Assembly: GCA_951406725.2 (NCBI GenBank)
Contig: OX597821.1
Span: forward strand, 60,512,001 to 60,576,000
Reading direction: 5' to 3'
Length of the DNA stretch: 64,000 nt
Source: Octopus vulgaris
Lineage: Eukaryota
Shown: positions 39,860 through 53,697 of the stretch, piece by piece
Layout: each line of letters opens with the position of its first letter
How positions within the stretch are numbered: the stretch's first letter is position 1
Program-made: the position numbers and the translations under genes
The notes under the pieces: model-generated
The model's input: the letters and a program-made list of their open reading frames with translations, nothing else
Databases searched by the model: none
Told to the model about the DNA's origin: nothing

Positions 39860-40263
39860 AAATAGTTATGGCCCAATTTATGCCAAGTGATATTGTGACT
39901 GATGTTGAGCATGAAATTATCAAGGCCACTGCCGTATTCCGGAGAATGGGCGTTATCAGGTCTTCCAACACGTCGTTCTACACACAAAGATCTGGTTCTA
40001 CATTAACATAGTTCTATCAACTCTTTTCTATTCCAGTCAGACATGGAAGAGCCCCGTGAAAATCGATAGAAAGCTAGATGTATGCAACCACAGATGCTTG
40101 AGAAGGATTCTGAGAACGTACTAACAAGACCACATAATTAATGAAGCCGTTTTAAAGAGAAGCAATACATGTGATACTTTGCGAAATCGACACAAAAGGA
40201 AAATTAAAACCAGTAGGTGGCATATTCCAGCTGCCAGAACGAAGCAGTTTTCAAACGGACACC

Positions 40264-40349
<86 letters not shown>

Positions 40350-40490
40350 GATCAAAAACTACATTCACAACTGTAAGAACAAGAGAGGCCAATATCACAT
40401 GACCAGATGTAGAGAAAACTGCAACCAACAGAAACCAGTGGCGTTAACTTGCTGCCCAAAGTGTTCGAGAGCAGATAAGGAGCCGATAAC
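39860..40490 (+). mobile_element. RTE LINE 3' relic interrupted by (AG)n
   Basis: DVEHEIIKATAVFRRM..TKIWFYINIVLSTLFYSSQTW; tail shared with 17220-17300. Confidence 0.7.
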
Positions 40491-40660
40491 GATGCTGAAT
40501 ATATCATAAGGCTCACTGCTAGAAAAAATGTTACTCATATCTGTATTACAATAAACGTGTGAAGCATGCTTTCAGATCATCTCTAAAAAGCTTCCATAAA
40601 CTGACAATATTGTCCTCGTTCTATTCCTACAACATTATTTCTTTTCTCTTAATAGTAAAC

Positions 40661-40672
40661 ATGGATTCCATG
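40661..40672 (+). CDS. Possible upstream start micro-exon (MDSM) of the chitin-binding gene
   Basis: aaacATGG context; donor TG|GTAAGT; phase 0 joins in frame to 49048 (KFGTMSLNI...). Confidence 0.3.
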
Positions 40673-41012
40673 GTAAGTTTATATATCATCAGTTTTTAGA
40701 TTTTAAGATTTATCTCTTGCGATATCAACCTACTTTTGGGTTTTCGTCTTTGGTAGAAACCTCTGATCAAGTTTGCGCATTAGTCTTCGGTTAGGCAGCA
40801 TTCAGCCATGTTGTGGTGTCTACATCCTTATCTTTCTTGTTGCTCTTTCTCTCTCAAACAAAGAATCGCTACTGCAAGTGTTGAATGCTATCTGTCTCGT
40901 AAACTGAAAACGTGTATAGGTAAATACACACACATACAGACACACAGACACACACACAGACACAAGAATACACACACACACACACACACCCATACACACA
41001 CATACACATACG

Positions 41013-41055
<43 letters not shown>

Positions 41056-43021
41056 GCACGTATGTGTGTATGTGCATTTATTTAGATTTATCCGTCATTC
41101 GAACATTTGAATTCATTGTAATTCTGAAAATAAAGGGTTAACTTTTCGTTTTACTTTTAGCTCCGCAACAATCTGCTTTGCCATTCAACTCGTTTACATC
41201 AATAATACAATACCAGTAACATTCTGGGCTTGAGCGTATATATTGCGCCCATCTCTTACAACCTCTTACAGCAAAACCAATCTTTATTTTGTTGTGTCTG
41301 GGGAGAGTCATTTTCTTTTCATGCCTTATAATGTAACACACACACACCGGTAACATTTCCACTTATTTCTTATTTTTATTTTCCTTAAATTTTCGTTGCG
41401 TCTTGCAACCTTTTCAATAGTCGTGAATGTGTTACATTATAAGGCACAAAAAGAAAATAACCCTCCCCAGACACAACAAAATATGCTTCAACACACGAAT
41501 TCATATAAAGAATCTTGCAAACCAAATCCCAAAACGAAATCTTTATTTTGTTTTGTAAAAAGTGAATATCATGATTTAGGTTCAATTATGATTATACTAT
41601 AAGGTTCTTACATAAATTCGTTGTTTTCTCTTTCTATTTGGCATCCCATTGTCATATCTATGAATAGAAGTAAAAATCTATACAAATTTCAGAAACGATA
41701 AATAACAGTTGTAGAAGCTAAAAAGGGCTACAAAAGCCCCATAAAAACCCAACGATAAAAATATTTTCCGCGTTAATTCAAATGACATTGGAAAAGATTT
41801 AGCATTAAAAGAAAAAGAAAATGAAAATGAATAAATAAATAAAAAGGCAAACATATTTATTTGACAACCGAATAGAAAAATTTCCTTCATCTTTAAAAAT
41901 AATTTTGAAGATAACAACGTTTAAATAAAGCATAAAAGAGAAAGAACAATTTGTTTCAGAATTTCATATGAGATAATCTTTTTTTGAATAAGAGAAAATA
42001 AAATTTCTGCAAGGTAAATATTTTGAACTAAATATCGAGTCTGCTACAATCTGTTTATTCAAATACGAGTTCGAAGACGTTTTTAAATCTATTTTGACAT
42101 GACGAAGTCATCATATCTTGATGGTAAACTATTTTGTGACGAAGAAAATAAGGAGTGAATTAAGGAGCAAAAATTAATTGTTACAATGTTTCTAATCTGT
42201 GATTTTTCTCTGAAATATAATTGGGGAATACAAACATGATAAATTAGAAAAGATTTCTTTTACCATGCCGTAAATCCAATTCTTTTTTTTTTTTATAATT
42301 CTAGCATTTTTGTTTTATTATTTTGTAATCTGCTGAAATTATTTGTAGCTGGTGAATAATAAATATACGTATGAAATAAGTAGATGAACAAATCGATAAT
42401 AAAATAGATAAAAAGAAGATATAAATATACAAACTGTTAAGCATTGCTGGAAGATTAAATCTACAATAAAGAACTAAACCTTCACCAAAAGATTAAAATG
42501 ACTACAGAAATACAATGTCAACAACAACTAGAACAAAGACAACAGCAGTAATACATATATATAACAATATGCGAGAAGGAAATATCTATCTAGACTATTG
42601 TTCCCAGTTTCAAAATAAATCACAGGTGCGTCAAGGCTTTCGGTTCATTTAGAATATTCTGGTTAGAAATTTTTTTTACAGAGATTGTCATGGAGAATTA
42701 TTAAAATATTTCTTTTTGTAAACTAGAGATTAAATGAGATTAGTAGCCAGGAATAATGTTATTGGTTATTTGAAAGACCAATCGTATATTCTAAAGTTTC
42801 TCTCACGTCTCTCTTCTCTCTTTCTCCACCCACACTTCCATTTGTCTGTCTATCTATTTGTGTGTGCGTGTGTCATATTTAGATACACAAGCACATATAC
42901 ATACAGAAGTAAATATGTGGCCATATAGAAACGTAGATGCAGACATACTCATACAAAATACTAATATATAGAATTGTATGTATGTATGTATAATTTTATG
43001 TATGTTTGTATGTATGTATGC

Positions 43022-43080
<59 letters not shown>

Positions 43081-43602
43081 CACATACAAACACATATAAG
43101 TATATATAAACATACATTCATATGGATATGTATATCAATCTTTTCTTTCTTTCTCCTCTTCTCTCTCTTTCTCTATCTGTCTTTATATATGTATATGTAT
43201 ATACACATATACACACACATATACATACATACACACGCACACACACACACATACATATATATTGTATATGTATACCCCACTACAGCCTTCCGCGCTCACA
43301 AGTACACATACATTCAGGAACAAAATATACATAAAAATTAATAGCTATAGTGATGAAAATTAACAAATCGTTAATCATTTGAATACGACATAATTAATAC
43401 GCCCCACGTAAGAAAGTATATAAGGCCTTTACAAAGCAACATCTCTTGAAGTCGTTACTCCTGGGTCAGTACAGAATGACGCTTCATCACAAATCCACAG
43501 TAGGTTCTTTTTACAGAATTCATTTGTATTATCCTCTTCTGCATGTTTTTGTATATTTATTTTCTCATTTTCTCATCTTTCAGTACCAACCTCTTTTCCT
43601 AA

Positions 43603-43744
43603 ATCTTCTTCTTCTTCTTCTTCTTCTTCTTCTTCTTCTTCTTCTTCTTCTTCTTCTTCTTCTTCTTCTTCTTCTTCTTCTTCTTCTTCTTCTTCTTCTT
43701 CTTCTTCTTCTTCTTCTTCTTCTTCTTCTTCTTCTTCTTCTTCT
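43603..43744. repeat. (TTC)n microsatellite
   Basis: Directly visible. Confidence 0.95.
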
Positions 43745-43748
43745 TTGC

Positions 43749-44240
43749 AAGGTGGCTAGCTGGCAGAATGGTTAACACGCAGGCGCGAAATATTTAACGG
43801 TATGCCGCTACTTTCTGAGTTCAAATTCGAGGTTGACTTTGCCTTTCATCCTTCTGGGGTCGATAAAATAAGTACCAGTTCCGCACTGGGGTCGATGTAA
43901 TCGACTAGTCCCTTTGCACCCAAAATTTTCAAGGCCTTGTACCTATTTCTAGGCACGAGGCCTTGAAAATTTTGGGTGCAAAGGGACTAGTCGATTACAT
44001 CGAATAATAATAATAATAATAATAATTATTATTATTATTATTGAGACGGCGAGCTGGCAGAATTGTTAGCACACCAGCGAAATGCTCAGTGGTATTTTGT
44101 TTGTCACTACTTGCGCCGAGGTAAAATTTGCCTTTCATCCTTTTGGGGTCGATAACTTAAGTAGCAGTGAAATACTGGGGTCGATGCGATCGACTTATCC
44201 CCTCTCCCAAAACTGCTGTCATCGTGGCAAAATTTGAAAC
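43749..44240 (+). mobile_element. Two Meta-domain SINEs (43749-43950, 44044-44240); the first has a fold-back duplicated tail
   Basis: Family A motifs; palindrome at 43892-44003. Confidence 0.8.
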
Positions 44241-44271
<31 letters not shown>

Positions 44272-44272
<1 letters not shown>

Positions 44273-44626
44273 TAAAACTCACAGCTTATTTTGCTGGGTA
44301 TGATGGAAAATGTCAGCTGTCCACAGCCAATAGACTAAGGCGACACTTGTTTTACTGGTTATGCTTCAAGAACCCTGCGAAGAATTCTTGCAATTCCAAG
44401 CAATGCAGATTTTTGTAGGTGTTCTACCTTCACACTTGTACCGATCTTTTTCAGCCATGTTGATAGTTGAGTGCAGATACTTCCAAGTGCACCAATTACT
44501 ATTGATATCTACGCTCTTCATTGACCACAACCTTCGTATTTCCCACTTCAAATCGTCATAGTTGTTTATTTTTTTCTTCTTCTTTCGCATTGATCCTGTT
44601 GTCACCGAGGCATGCTATATCGATTA
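44272..44626 (-). mobile_element. R4/Dong-type (restriction-like endonuclease) non-LTR 3' end with (TAA)n tail; continues at 46881-46935
   Basis: IDIACLGDNRINAKEEEKINNYDDLKWEIRRLW..IGALG..LQKSALLGIARILRRVL*; HRKPDIVVVN on the far side of the Chapaev3. Confidence 0.8.
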
Positions 44627-46877
44627 CACTGGGCAACAAAAATAGATTTATTGACTGCTACCCAGACAAATGGTGATGTACCAAACTAAATCGAATACGC
44701 TGATTACGAATCTGAACTCAGAATTACTGTAACACGTCAGGATTTTGAGATATGCGTTTAATTATATATTAATACTATATTAGTATCAGGAATATTTAAG
44801 TTCAAGGTAAATAATTATTATAATAGTATATTATTACTGTACATAGTATATTTATGTTCAAGGCAAATAATATTATAATATAATGGTACATAGTATATTT
44901 ATGTTAAGGGAATACTCAGTTTATTTTTTCATATGCTCAGCTTAGAAATATTTGAGACACTTGCTCTTGCGCTTATGCGTAGTGCTGGTCTCCCGATGTA
45001 GGAACCAGCAGTAGTCACCCATCACGTGTAGATTGAACAGGCCTTGATACCTCGTTTCCACCTCAAATATATCCTGGTGGATTCTCTCAACAGCTCATCA
45101 CTACGGGTACCAAGATTCGATGGAAAAAAAAATCGAGATGAGAATGCAAGAAGTGCATTTTAAGGGACATTCGGCATCCCATTCTTTCATACGCTGTTAG
45201 CATGTTGCTTATTAAATCAGCATAGTTTTCAACTCTATGATTTCCAAGAAAGTACTGTACAACTAACACGAATGAATCCCATGCCGTCAGCTCAACTGGA
45301 TTCAGTTTACTTCTGAATTTGCTATCAGATATCAATTCTCTGATCTCGGGTCCAATGAAAATGCCTGCTTTCAGTTTTGCGTCACTTTTCTCTGCCCCAA
45401 ATTTTACTTTTAGGTACTGGAAGCCACAATCATCATATGTCATTGCTTTTACGAAGTTTTTCATGAGGCCGAGTTTGATGTGAAGGGGTGGAAGGAAGAT
45501 CTTTTGCGGGTCTACCAGTGGCATGTGCTGCACATTGTACCAACTATGAGCTCATATCTTTTAGGCCGGTCTTTTACAGTGTAATGATTGCTGTCGTCGC
45601 GGTTGTCCCAAACACACAAGAAGCACGTATTTTTAGTATATTTGCAGTCCTAGGAGGAGGGAAATCACCTTTAAATCACCACAAATATTCCACTTACGAA
45701 CTGAGTAATTAACTTCTTTCAGAATGAGTTTCTTCCATATCGACAACATGACTCACAGGAATGGAAGGTTTTTCATTAACATTATGTAACAACACAGCTT
45801 GGAGGCTAACCTTATTCGAGTCTATAAACAATCTCCATTCGTTAGCCGCATGCACGTGTCCTAGCTTTTGCATGAGTGCATTAACATCTGTACAGAAACA
45901 AGCACCTTGCTGTAGGGGATCCCGTTATTGTAGTTTGGATCCCAAAACTTCTGCCCTCTCCTTTGACAATGTTAGGTCTCTTACTAACTCATTCAAATCT
46001 TCTTGATTAAACTAGCCTGGCTTATTTTTCTTAGAATCAACTACGTGCTCTTCACCGATACGAGAGTGAGTGGGGTTCATCGTGCGACGTGTCAAGATTT
46101 TCAAATGAAGCATGTAATAGGGTAACTGGGACAGGATTCTCGAAGTCATGCGGGACCGGTTTTAGATCCGACTTACAATCTGCATACACAATTTTTGCTT
46201 TGGCCTTCTTTGAGAAACCACTAATATTAGTCATGCAAAAGTAACAATCAGAGACATGATTGGCTGGCTCACGCCATATCATTGGTACAGCAAAAGGCAT
46301 TTCCTTTCGTTTTCCATTCGCCCACTGTGTTATCTCTGAGTAACACACAGTGCAGTATTTATGAGATGCCTTGGTCCCTAACTTTACACTCGAAATAGTA
46401 TTTATAGGCAGTTTTTAATTTGGTGGCAATGTTCTTCCGCCGGTCACGCGAAGCAAATTTCCCACAGACATAACAAAAGTTGTCTTGATGATTCACATAG
46501 CCTCTCCTATTCATGATCTAACACAATGAACACAGTTAAAACAGTAATCACGCAAAGCGAGAGATACACATACCACACATAACGGTAGCGCAAACGACAC
46601 TGTGAGTTACCAAGAACAAACTGACGTATGTGGCATTGCGCACAATACATCAGCGCTATCTATTGCTAAACTAAATAATGAACTTTCTCATATTAAGACG
46701 GCTTTCATTTTAACAAATTTTATAATACTACCTATATCTAACCGAAAGTATAGTTATAATCTTGCGCATGCGCATAATTCAAAATCCTGACGTGCTAGAA
46801 CAATTCTGAGTGCGAATTTGGAATCACCATCATTGATTTAGTCTAAATCACAGTAGCAAAATCTTTGTTGTCCAGTA
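44627..46877 (-). mobile_element. Chapaev3 (CMC superfamily) DNA transposon, near full length, transposase pseudogenised
   Basis: CACTGGGCAACAAA / TTTGTTGTCCAGTA termini, TTA/TTA TSD, about 130-bp imperfect TIRs; NFCYVCG, FAVPMIWREPANHVSDCYFC, LPPLHIKLGLMKNFVKAM, MSLKMHFLHSHLDFF motifs. Confidence 0.85.
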
Positions 46878-46935
46878 TTATCATATATATTCTTTGTTTT
46901 GTTATTCACCACAACAATATCCGGTTTCCGATGCT

Positions 46936-47058
46936 ATATGGATTCGGATGAAAATTTCAGGGATGTTTGGCCTCGTGACTGGCACGAACTTATTAGGTTT
47001 TGGGATCGATCAGGTACTGGTGTTGCCTTGGCGGAAGTTTGCGCTCTCTGAGTGCTGT
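46936..47058 (-). mobile_element. Deleted copy of the Helentron-type element at 47991
   Basis: Reverse complement of gcactca.agagcgcaaac.tccgcca and tttcatccgaatcc. Confidence 0.65.
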
Positions 47059-47059
47059 T

Positions 47060-47395
47060 ATTATTATTATTGCTTTGTTTTATGCTAGCTGTTCCAAGTC
47101 TTACTCAGAGATCTCAAGAAACAGCATGTTGGACATTTTTACTTTGGGCGTTATTTATGATTAGCAATGATATAGTGTACGTGGAAGAAGCCAGAATCTG
47201 AGAACTAAAATTCTGTTAAATTTGTAATGTTTTACTTTTTGTAGAGTTTTAAGAGAATCAAGTGTTTTCAACTTTATAATAGTTTTCTTTGGAGGTGAGT
47301 AGCACTCATGAGAACAATTTTTTCTGTTGTTCTGATGCCTTGAGGTTTCCTGGTATTTTGCGATAGTGTTTAAGAGGGCTTTTTGGTAGAGACTA
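47060..47395 (-). mobile_element. Second, older R4/Dong-like 3' relic ending in (TAA)n
   Basis: KIPGNLKASEQQ..IVLMSATHLQRKLL* pattern. Confidence 0.5.
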
Positions 47396-47447
47396 TGATG
47401 ATGATCATAATAATAATAATAATAATAATGATAATAATAATAATAAT

Positions 47448-47890
47448 ATGCTCAATACCACAGATTTGCTTGTCAGTTGTTTGACCTTAACCAGTTGAGC
47501 ATGTCCCTTAGTGGCTGACGATATGTGCATCTCTGATCACGAGCAGAAGTAGTGGGGGAGCATCATAGCCATGTGTTGAGAGGGATTCTTTCGGGTTTGA
47601 ATAATTCACTTCTGGAAACATGGGTGGTTCTTTCAACATCCTTAAACAACCCTTATTCAGGGACCTTTTGAGCAGGATGGGCTACTCAACCAGAAGAAAA
47701 TTCTAACAGGGTCCCACCTGCAAGGTCATGTGCTGTTTATCTTGATATGAGATCACCATGTCGCGCTCATATGGTTGTGATGCATGTGCCTGGTGTACCC
47801 TTATCAGACGGGTAGTCATGATGGGTATATTGGGCTTCGTATATTTTACCCCAGTGTCACTTTTATGGCATGAACTGCTCTCTCACTCAA
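47448..47890 (+). mobile_element. Interspersed repeat in (TAA)n; partial inverted copy at about 19110-19290
   Basis: gctcaataccacagatttgcttgtcagttg..gggggagcatcatag shared. Confidence 0.7.
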
Positions 47891-47907
47891 TAATAATAAT
47901 AATGATG

Positions 47908-47990
<83 letters not shown>

Positions 47991-47995
<5 letters not shown>

Positions 47996-48342
47996 GAGCA
48001 CTCACAGAGCGCAAACCTCCGCCAGTACAACACCAACGACTTCTTAACGATTAGCCGGTGATGATTTTTAAAATGAGAATATCTGAAATAAACTCGATAG
48101 CTCTCACAGACGAGAATACTAAAAATGAACCCGACCGCTCTCAAAAATTAAGTAAAAAAAAAACCCGGAAAAATAACCCAGAATCCTTGCCGGTACCGGA
48201 TCGATCCCAAGATCCAATTATCTCGGGCCAGTCATTTCCCTGAAAGTTTCATCCGAATCCATCTTGCGGTTCTTGAGATATTTTGTTCATGGACAAACAA
48301 ACAACTGAAACAATACTTCCGCCTTCGCTAAGGCGGAGGTAA
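47991..48342 (+). mobile_element. Helentron-associated (HINE/DINE-like) non-autonomous element
   Basis: Subterminal acctccgcc / ggcggaggt, 3' hairpin cttccgcctt-cgct-aaggcggagg, (CAAA)n, inserted in (TAA)n. Confidence 0.65.
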
Positions 48343-48368
48343 CAATAATAATAATAATAATAATTATA

Positions 48369-48485
<117 letters not shown>

Positions 48486-49010
48486 AGGCGGCGAGCTGGC
48501 AGAATCCTGAGCGCGCTGGACGAAATGCATAGCGGTATTTCGCTCGTCGCTACGTTCTGAGTTCAAATACCGCCGAGGTTGACTATACCTGTCATCTTTT
48601 CGGGTTCGATAAATTAAGTACCAGTTGAACACTGGGGTCGATGTAATCGACTCTTCCCTACATCTCCCAAGCTGTCCTTGTGGCAAAAATTTGTAATAGT
48701 ACCAATAATAATATTATTATTTCGGTGTTGGTAAAATAAGTACCTGTGAAACACTGGGGTCGATGTAATATTGACTAGTCCTCTGCCCCCAAATTTCCGG
48801 CCTTGTGTTTTCAGTTGAAAGGATTATTATAATTATTAACGCAGCGGACTGTCTCCGTTCTGGGTTCAAATGCCGCCACGGTTGACTTTTCCTTTCATCT
48901 TTTCGGGGTCCATAAAACAGAATACCAGTTGAGCACTGGGATTAAATTAATCGTCTAGCCCCTTCCCCCTTAAATTTATTGGTCCTGTGCCAAAAATCTG
49001 AAAGAATTAT
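48486..49010 (+). mobile_element. Cluster of three family A SINE copies or fragments
   Basis: Repeated taagtacc..actggggtcgatgtaat. Confidence 0.8.
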
Positions 49011-49059
49011 TGAATAATCAATAATTTATTTTACATTTTCTTTGCAGAAATTTGGCACC

Positions 49060-49126
49060 ATGTCATTAAATATAATTTTCCTAATAACACTGTGTTGCCT
49101 AATTAAGGAAACATTGTCTGCAGTTT
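49060..49126 (+). CDS. Signal-peptide exon (exon 49048-49126) of a secreted chitin-binding protein
   Basis: Acceptor ttttctttgcag|, gcaccATG, MSLNIIFLITLCCLIKETLSAV, phase-1 donor T|GTAAGT. Confidence 0.65.
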
Positions 49127-50570
49127 GTAAGTATTTTCGATCTTTTAAAATATATTCATTAAACAGATTTTAATTCCAGAACATAAATTCGAGGATAAAC
49201 TTATTGAGGAAATTTAGATTCACATAATCGATATAACGCTCTAAGAATAATTTATAAAACCACAGCAAAAACCAAGCCAAAAAACAAACAAAAAACAAAA
49301 ACAAAACAAAGCAAAAAAAAAAAACAAAAACAAATAAAAACTTTTTAAGAGATGAATTTATTGAAGCTATAACGCATCTGATAATTTGCATCGTGTCCGA
49401 GTGGTCACGTTAGTCGGTATAAAAACAAAAGCAGATTTTCATTAAAAATTCTTCATAAAGTACCTCATGGCCGTGTGGTTAACAAACTCGTTTTGCAACC
49501 ATGCGGTATCGGGTTCAGACCCACTAAGCGGCACCTTGGGCTTCTGCAATATTTACAGACTGACCAGTGTCTTGTGAGTGAATTTGTTAGACGAAATCTG
49601 TGTGGAAGTCCGTCGTGTGTGTGTGTATGTCTGTGTGCGCGGGTATGTGTATTTATATAGTGGTTTGGGCGTTACATTCACGATCGCTAGACCATAGGTT
49701 CGATTCCCGCACCGAGCGATATGTTATGTCCTTGAACAAAATACTTCATTTCACGTTGCTTTGCGATCATTTCGACATCTGACGCGCGGCACATCTATGC
49801 ACCTGTTCAGACAACGTCGATCTGATGTAGAGAGTGAGTTAATGCGTGGCACGAACGTTCGATCCCTATAAGCAATCATTTGGGCAAATCGTTCAGCAAA
49901 AACTGAATGCTTATTCGTCGTCTTCCACAGGAGTGTCTGTCATATAAAGGGCAGAATCAGTAGCACACCGGGCGAAGTACGTAGCGGCATTTCGTCTTTA
50001 CGTTCTGAGTTCAAATTCCGCCAAGGTTGACTTTACCTTCCATCCTTTCGTGGTCGATAAAACAAGTACCAGTTGAGTATTGGGGTTGATGTAATCGATG
50101 TATCCCCTCGCCTCAAATTGCTGGCCTCGTGCCAAATTTTGAAACTGTATGTATGTATGTATGTATGTATGTATGTATGTATGTATGTATGTATGTGTGT
50201 GTATGTGCGTGTGTGCGTGCGTATGTATGTATATGTGTTTGTTTCCTTCACCACCTAATGACCGGTGTTGGTTAGTTTACGTTCCAGTAAATTAGTGGTT
50301 CGGCAAGGAAAGCCGATAGAATAAGTACTAAACTTCAAAGAAAAAAAAACAAAAAGAAAAGAGAAGAAAGACTAAAACTCTCCACTGCCCCGAAAACCCA
50401 AGAAATACTGGGGTCCATTTGTTCGACTAGAAAAACAAAAAATCCCAAAACACCCTTCAAGGTGATGCTCCAGTATGGTCGCAATCCAATGACTAACAAA
50501 TAAAAGCTAAACATGCAAAGGAAGAGTGATTTATCAGTGTTATGAGACATAGAAGGAAGTCTCCATATTC

Positions 50571-50967
50571 TTTTCTACTCTAGGCACAAGGCCCGAAATT
50601 TTGGGGGAGGGAGCCAGTCGATTAGCTCGACCCTACTACGTAACTGGTACTTAATTTATCGACCCTGAAAAGATGAAAGGCAAAGTCGACCTCGGCGAAA
50701 TTTGAACTGAGAATGTAAAGACAGACGAAATACCTATTTCTTTATTACCCACAAGGGGCTAAACATAGAGTGGACAAACAAGGACAGACATAGGTATTAA
50801 GTCGATTACATCGACCCCAGTGCATAACTGGTACTTAATTTATCGACCCCAAAAGGATGAAAGGCAAAGTCGACCTCGGCGAAATTTGAACACACAACGT
50901 AACGGCAGACGAAATACCGCTAAGCATTTCGTCCGGCGTGCTAACGATTCTGCCATCTCGCCGCCTT
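50571..50967 (-). mobile_element. Dimeric Meta-domain SINE with 17-bp TSD
   Basis: TSD aggaagtctccatattc / aggaagtccccatattc; two Meta domains. Confidence 0.85.
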
Positions 50968-51227
50968 AGGAAGTCCCCATATTCGTCAAAGTTTGATGTG
51001 TAGGTTTAAGTTGAAAGATCAGCAAAGGGCCTCGGTGTGTTCAGTAAAAGTTATGCAACAACATTCAATAAGACTACCCTAAGCCATTGACTTGCGATCT
51101 TCTCTGTTGTGCATGAAAACATAGAATAGCATTTTGCCTTAGAAATATCTTAGCAACTGCAAATCTGACAGGAGGTTAAGTGTATTTCGTGTTAAAGGAC
51201 GAAGCATTACGATGTCAGAGCAGCAGT

Positions 51228-51309
51228 AGCAGAGGCGGCAACGGTGGCGGTGGCGGCGGCAACAATACCATCAACAGTGACGACGGCGAAAACGCTGCTG
51301 CTGCTGCTG

Positions 51310-51341
<32 letters not shown>

Positions 51342-51601
51342 GCAACAATAACAACTACAACAGCAACTGCTACTGCTATTACTACTACTGCAGCTACTGC
51401 TGTCACCACCACTACCACCACCATCACCACAACCACATCGACGATAACGGCGACGACGACGGCCACCCCACTACTACTACTACCACCAGCACCACCAGCA
51501 CCACCACCACCACCACCACTACTACTACTACTACTACAACCACCACCGCCACCGCCGCCGCCACCACCGCCACCACCACCACCACCACCACCACCACCAC
51601 C

Positions 51602-51676
<75 letters not shown>

Positions 51677-51690
51677 ACTACTACTACTAC
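51228..51690. repeat. Compound trinucleotide microsatellite (GCT/ACT/ACC/GCC)
   Basis: Directly visible. Confidence 0.9.
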
Positions 51691-52004
51691 AGCCTGATAA
51701 GTCTTTTGACGAGTAAAGGTGTGTGTAGGTCTGGGCAGGTGATTGCGTTGGACCGTTTCCAAGGTAACAGAATCACTCTCAATAAACCATAAATCAGTAT
51801 AAACTTCAAGTAATATTTACCCATGAAAAGTAATAAAGGAGAAAATATTGATATCATCAACAGATATGGCTGTGTGGTAAGAAGTTTGGTTCCCAACCAC
51901 ATGGTTCCGAATTCAGTCCTACTGCGTGGCACCTTGGGCAAGTGTCTTCTACTATAGCTTCGAGTTACAATAAGTGTGTGTGTTTGTGTTTGTCTCCCCG
52001 TTAT

Positions 52005-52563
52005 CGAAATTTTGGGGGATGGGGGCCAGTCGATTAGCTCGACCCTACTACGCAACTGGTACTTAATTTATCGACCTCGAAAGGATGAAAGGCAAAGTCG
52101 ACCTCGGCGGAATTTGAACTCAGAACGTAACGGCAGACGAAATACCTATTTCTTTACTACCCACAAGGGGCTAAACACAGAGAGGACAAACAAGGACAGA
52201 CAAACGGATTAAGTCGATTACATCGACCTCAGTGCATAACTGGTACTTATTTAATCGACCTCGAAAGGATGAAAGGCAAAGTCGACCTTGGCGGAATTTG
52301 AACTCAGAACGTAACGGCAGTCGAAATACTTATTTCTTTATTACCCACAAGGAGATAAACACATAGAGAACAAACAAGGATAGACAAACGGATTAAGTCG
52401 ATTACATCGACCCCAGTGCGTAACTAGTACTTAATTTATCGACCCCGAAAGGATGAAAGGCAAAGTCGACCTCGGCGGAATTTGAACTCAGAACGTAATG
52501 GCAGACGAAATACCGCAAAGCATTTCGCCCGGCATGCTAACGTTTCTGCCAGCTCGCCGCCTT
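52005..52563 (-). mobile_element. Trimeric Meta-domain SINE
   Basis: One head plus three Meta domains with about 184-bp period. Confidence 0.85.
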
Positions 52564-53199
52564 CCTCTCTATACATATTATTATTCTTCTTCTTCCTAAA
52601 TTAGTACTCGATTTTACTAACCTGGCCACGCAAACACACACACACGCACGCAAACACACACACACAGACACACACACACACAGACAGACATACAGACACC
52701 CACCCACACATAGAGCTATTTCCATCAGTTGGTTCGTATTTTGAAATGTATTAACTGAAGAGGGTTTGGCGTAAGAGGATGTATTTCCTAATGTATATTA
52801 CGCAATATCTGAAATGTATATATTAAATGCTTTTAAAATATTATTTGGCTTGATTTAATTATTACACAAGTACATTAAAATATGGTAGTTTTGGTGAAGC
52901 ATTGTGTGGTATAACTTTAAAGAAGGTTGTCGTGTAAGGCCGGAACTATGCGAGAAGGTACGAAGTAAGCTACAAAAAGAAAAGAGAACAGAACAAAGTT
53001 GCAATTTTACCTTGTATTTCTATATTTCGAGGTGAAGTCTCTTTCTTCAGGACATTTGGTAAAAGCGGTGGTTGGAAAAAGTCGTTGCTCAGATGTGAAT
53101 GGGAGAAGGAAGAACGGGAGGAAGGTGGAAGGTGACATGCGTAGACTGGTGTTGCTATAGCAGCTACTCTGCTTCGTGTAGTTCCCCCGTGTTGTTGAT

Positions 53200-53237
<38 letters not shown>

Positions 53238-53624
53238 TAATGCATGCGGGTGAGTGGACAAACGAAAGAAAGTATCTCTCCACGCATTTAGTTGGAGTCG
53301 AGTCATATGTATTTTATAACTTAGCTCACATTACTTAACGTTTCGATATTAAAGCTGTGTAACTTTATAGCTTTATAGATAATTCTCTCGCCCATAAGCA
53401 ATGATAATTAACCCACCTGAGTAGATATCAGCAAGCGTTGCAAGAGCAATAACTGATGATGTAAGTACAGTTATTCTTTAAAATACTTTAAGGAAAAGAA
53501 TACCATTTCCTTAAATGAATACTATGAGCGTGGTTCATTTAGATGGCTGTAAAACTAATATAATATAATGTGTGTATGTGCATGTATGTATGGGTGTACG
53601 TATGACAGTAGAGTTCAAGTGACT

Positions 53625-53697
<73 letters not shown>

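Noticed and set aside
51180-51762. Thr/Pro-rich mucin-like ORF
   Set aside because: Compound trinucleotide microsatellite that is open in several frames and lacks convincing splice sites
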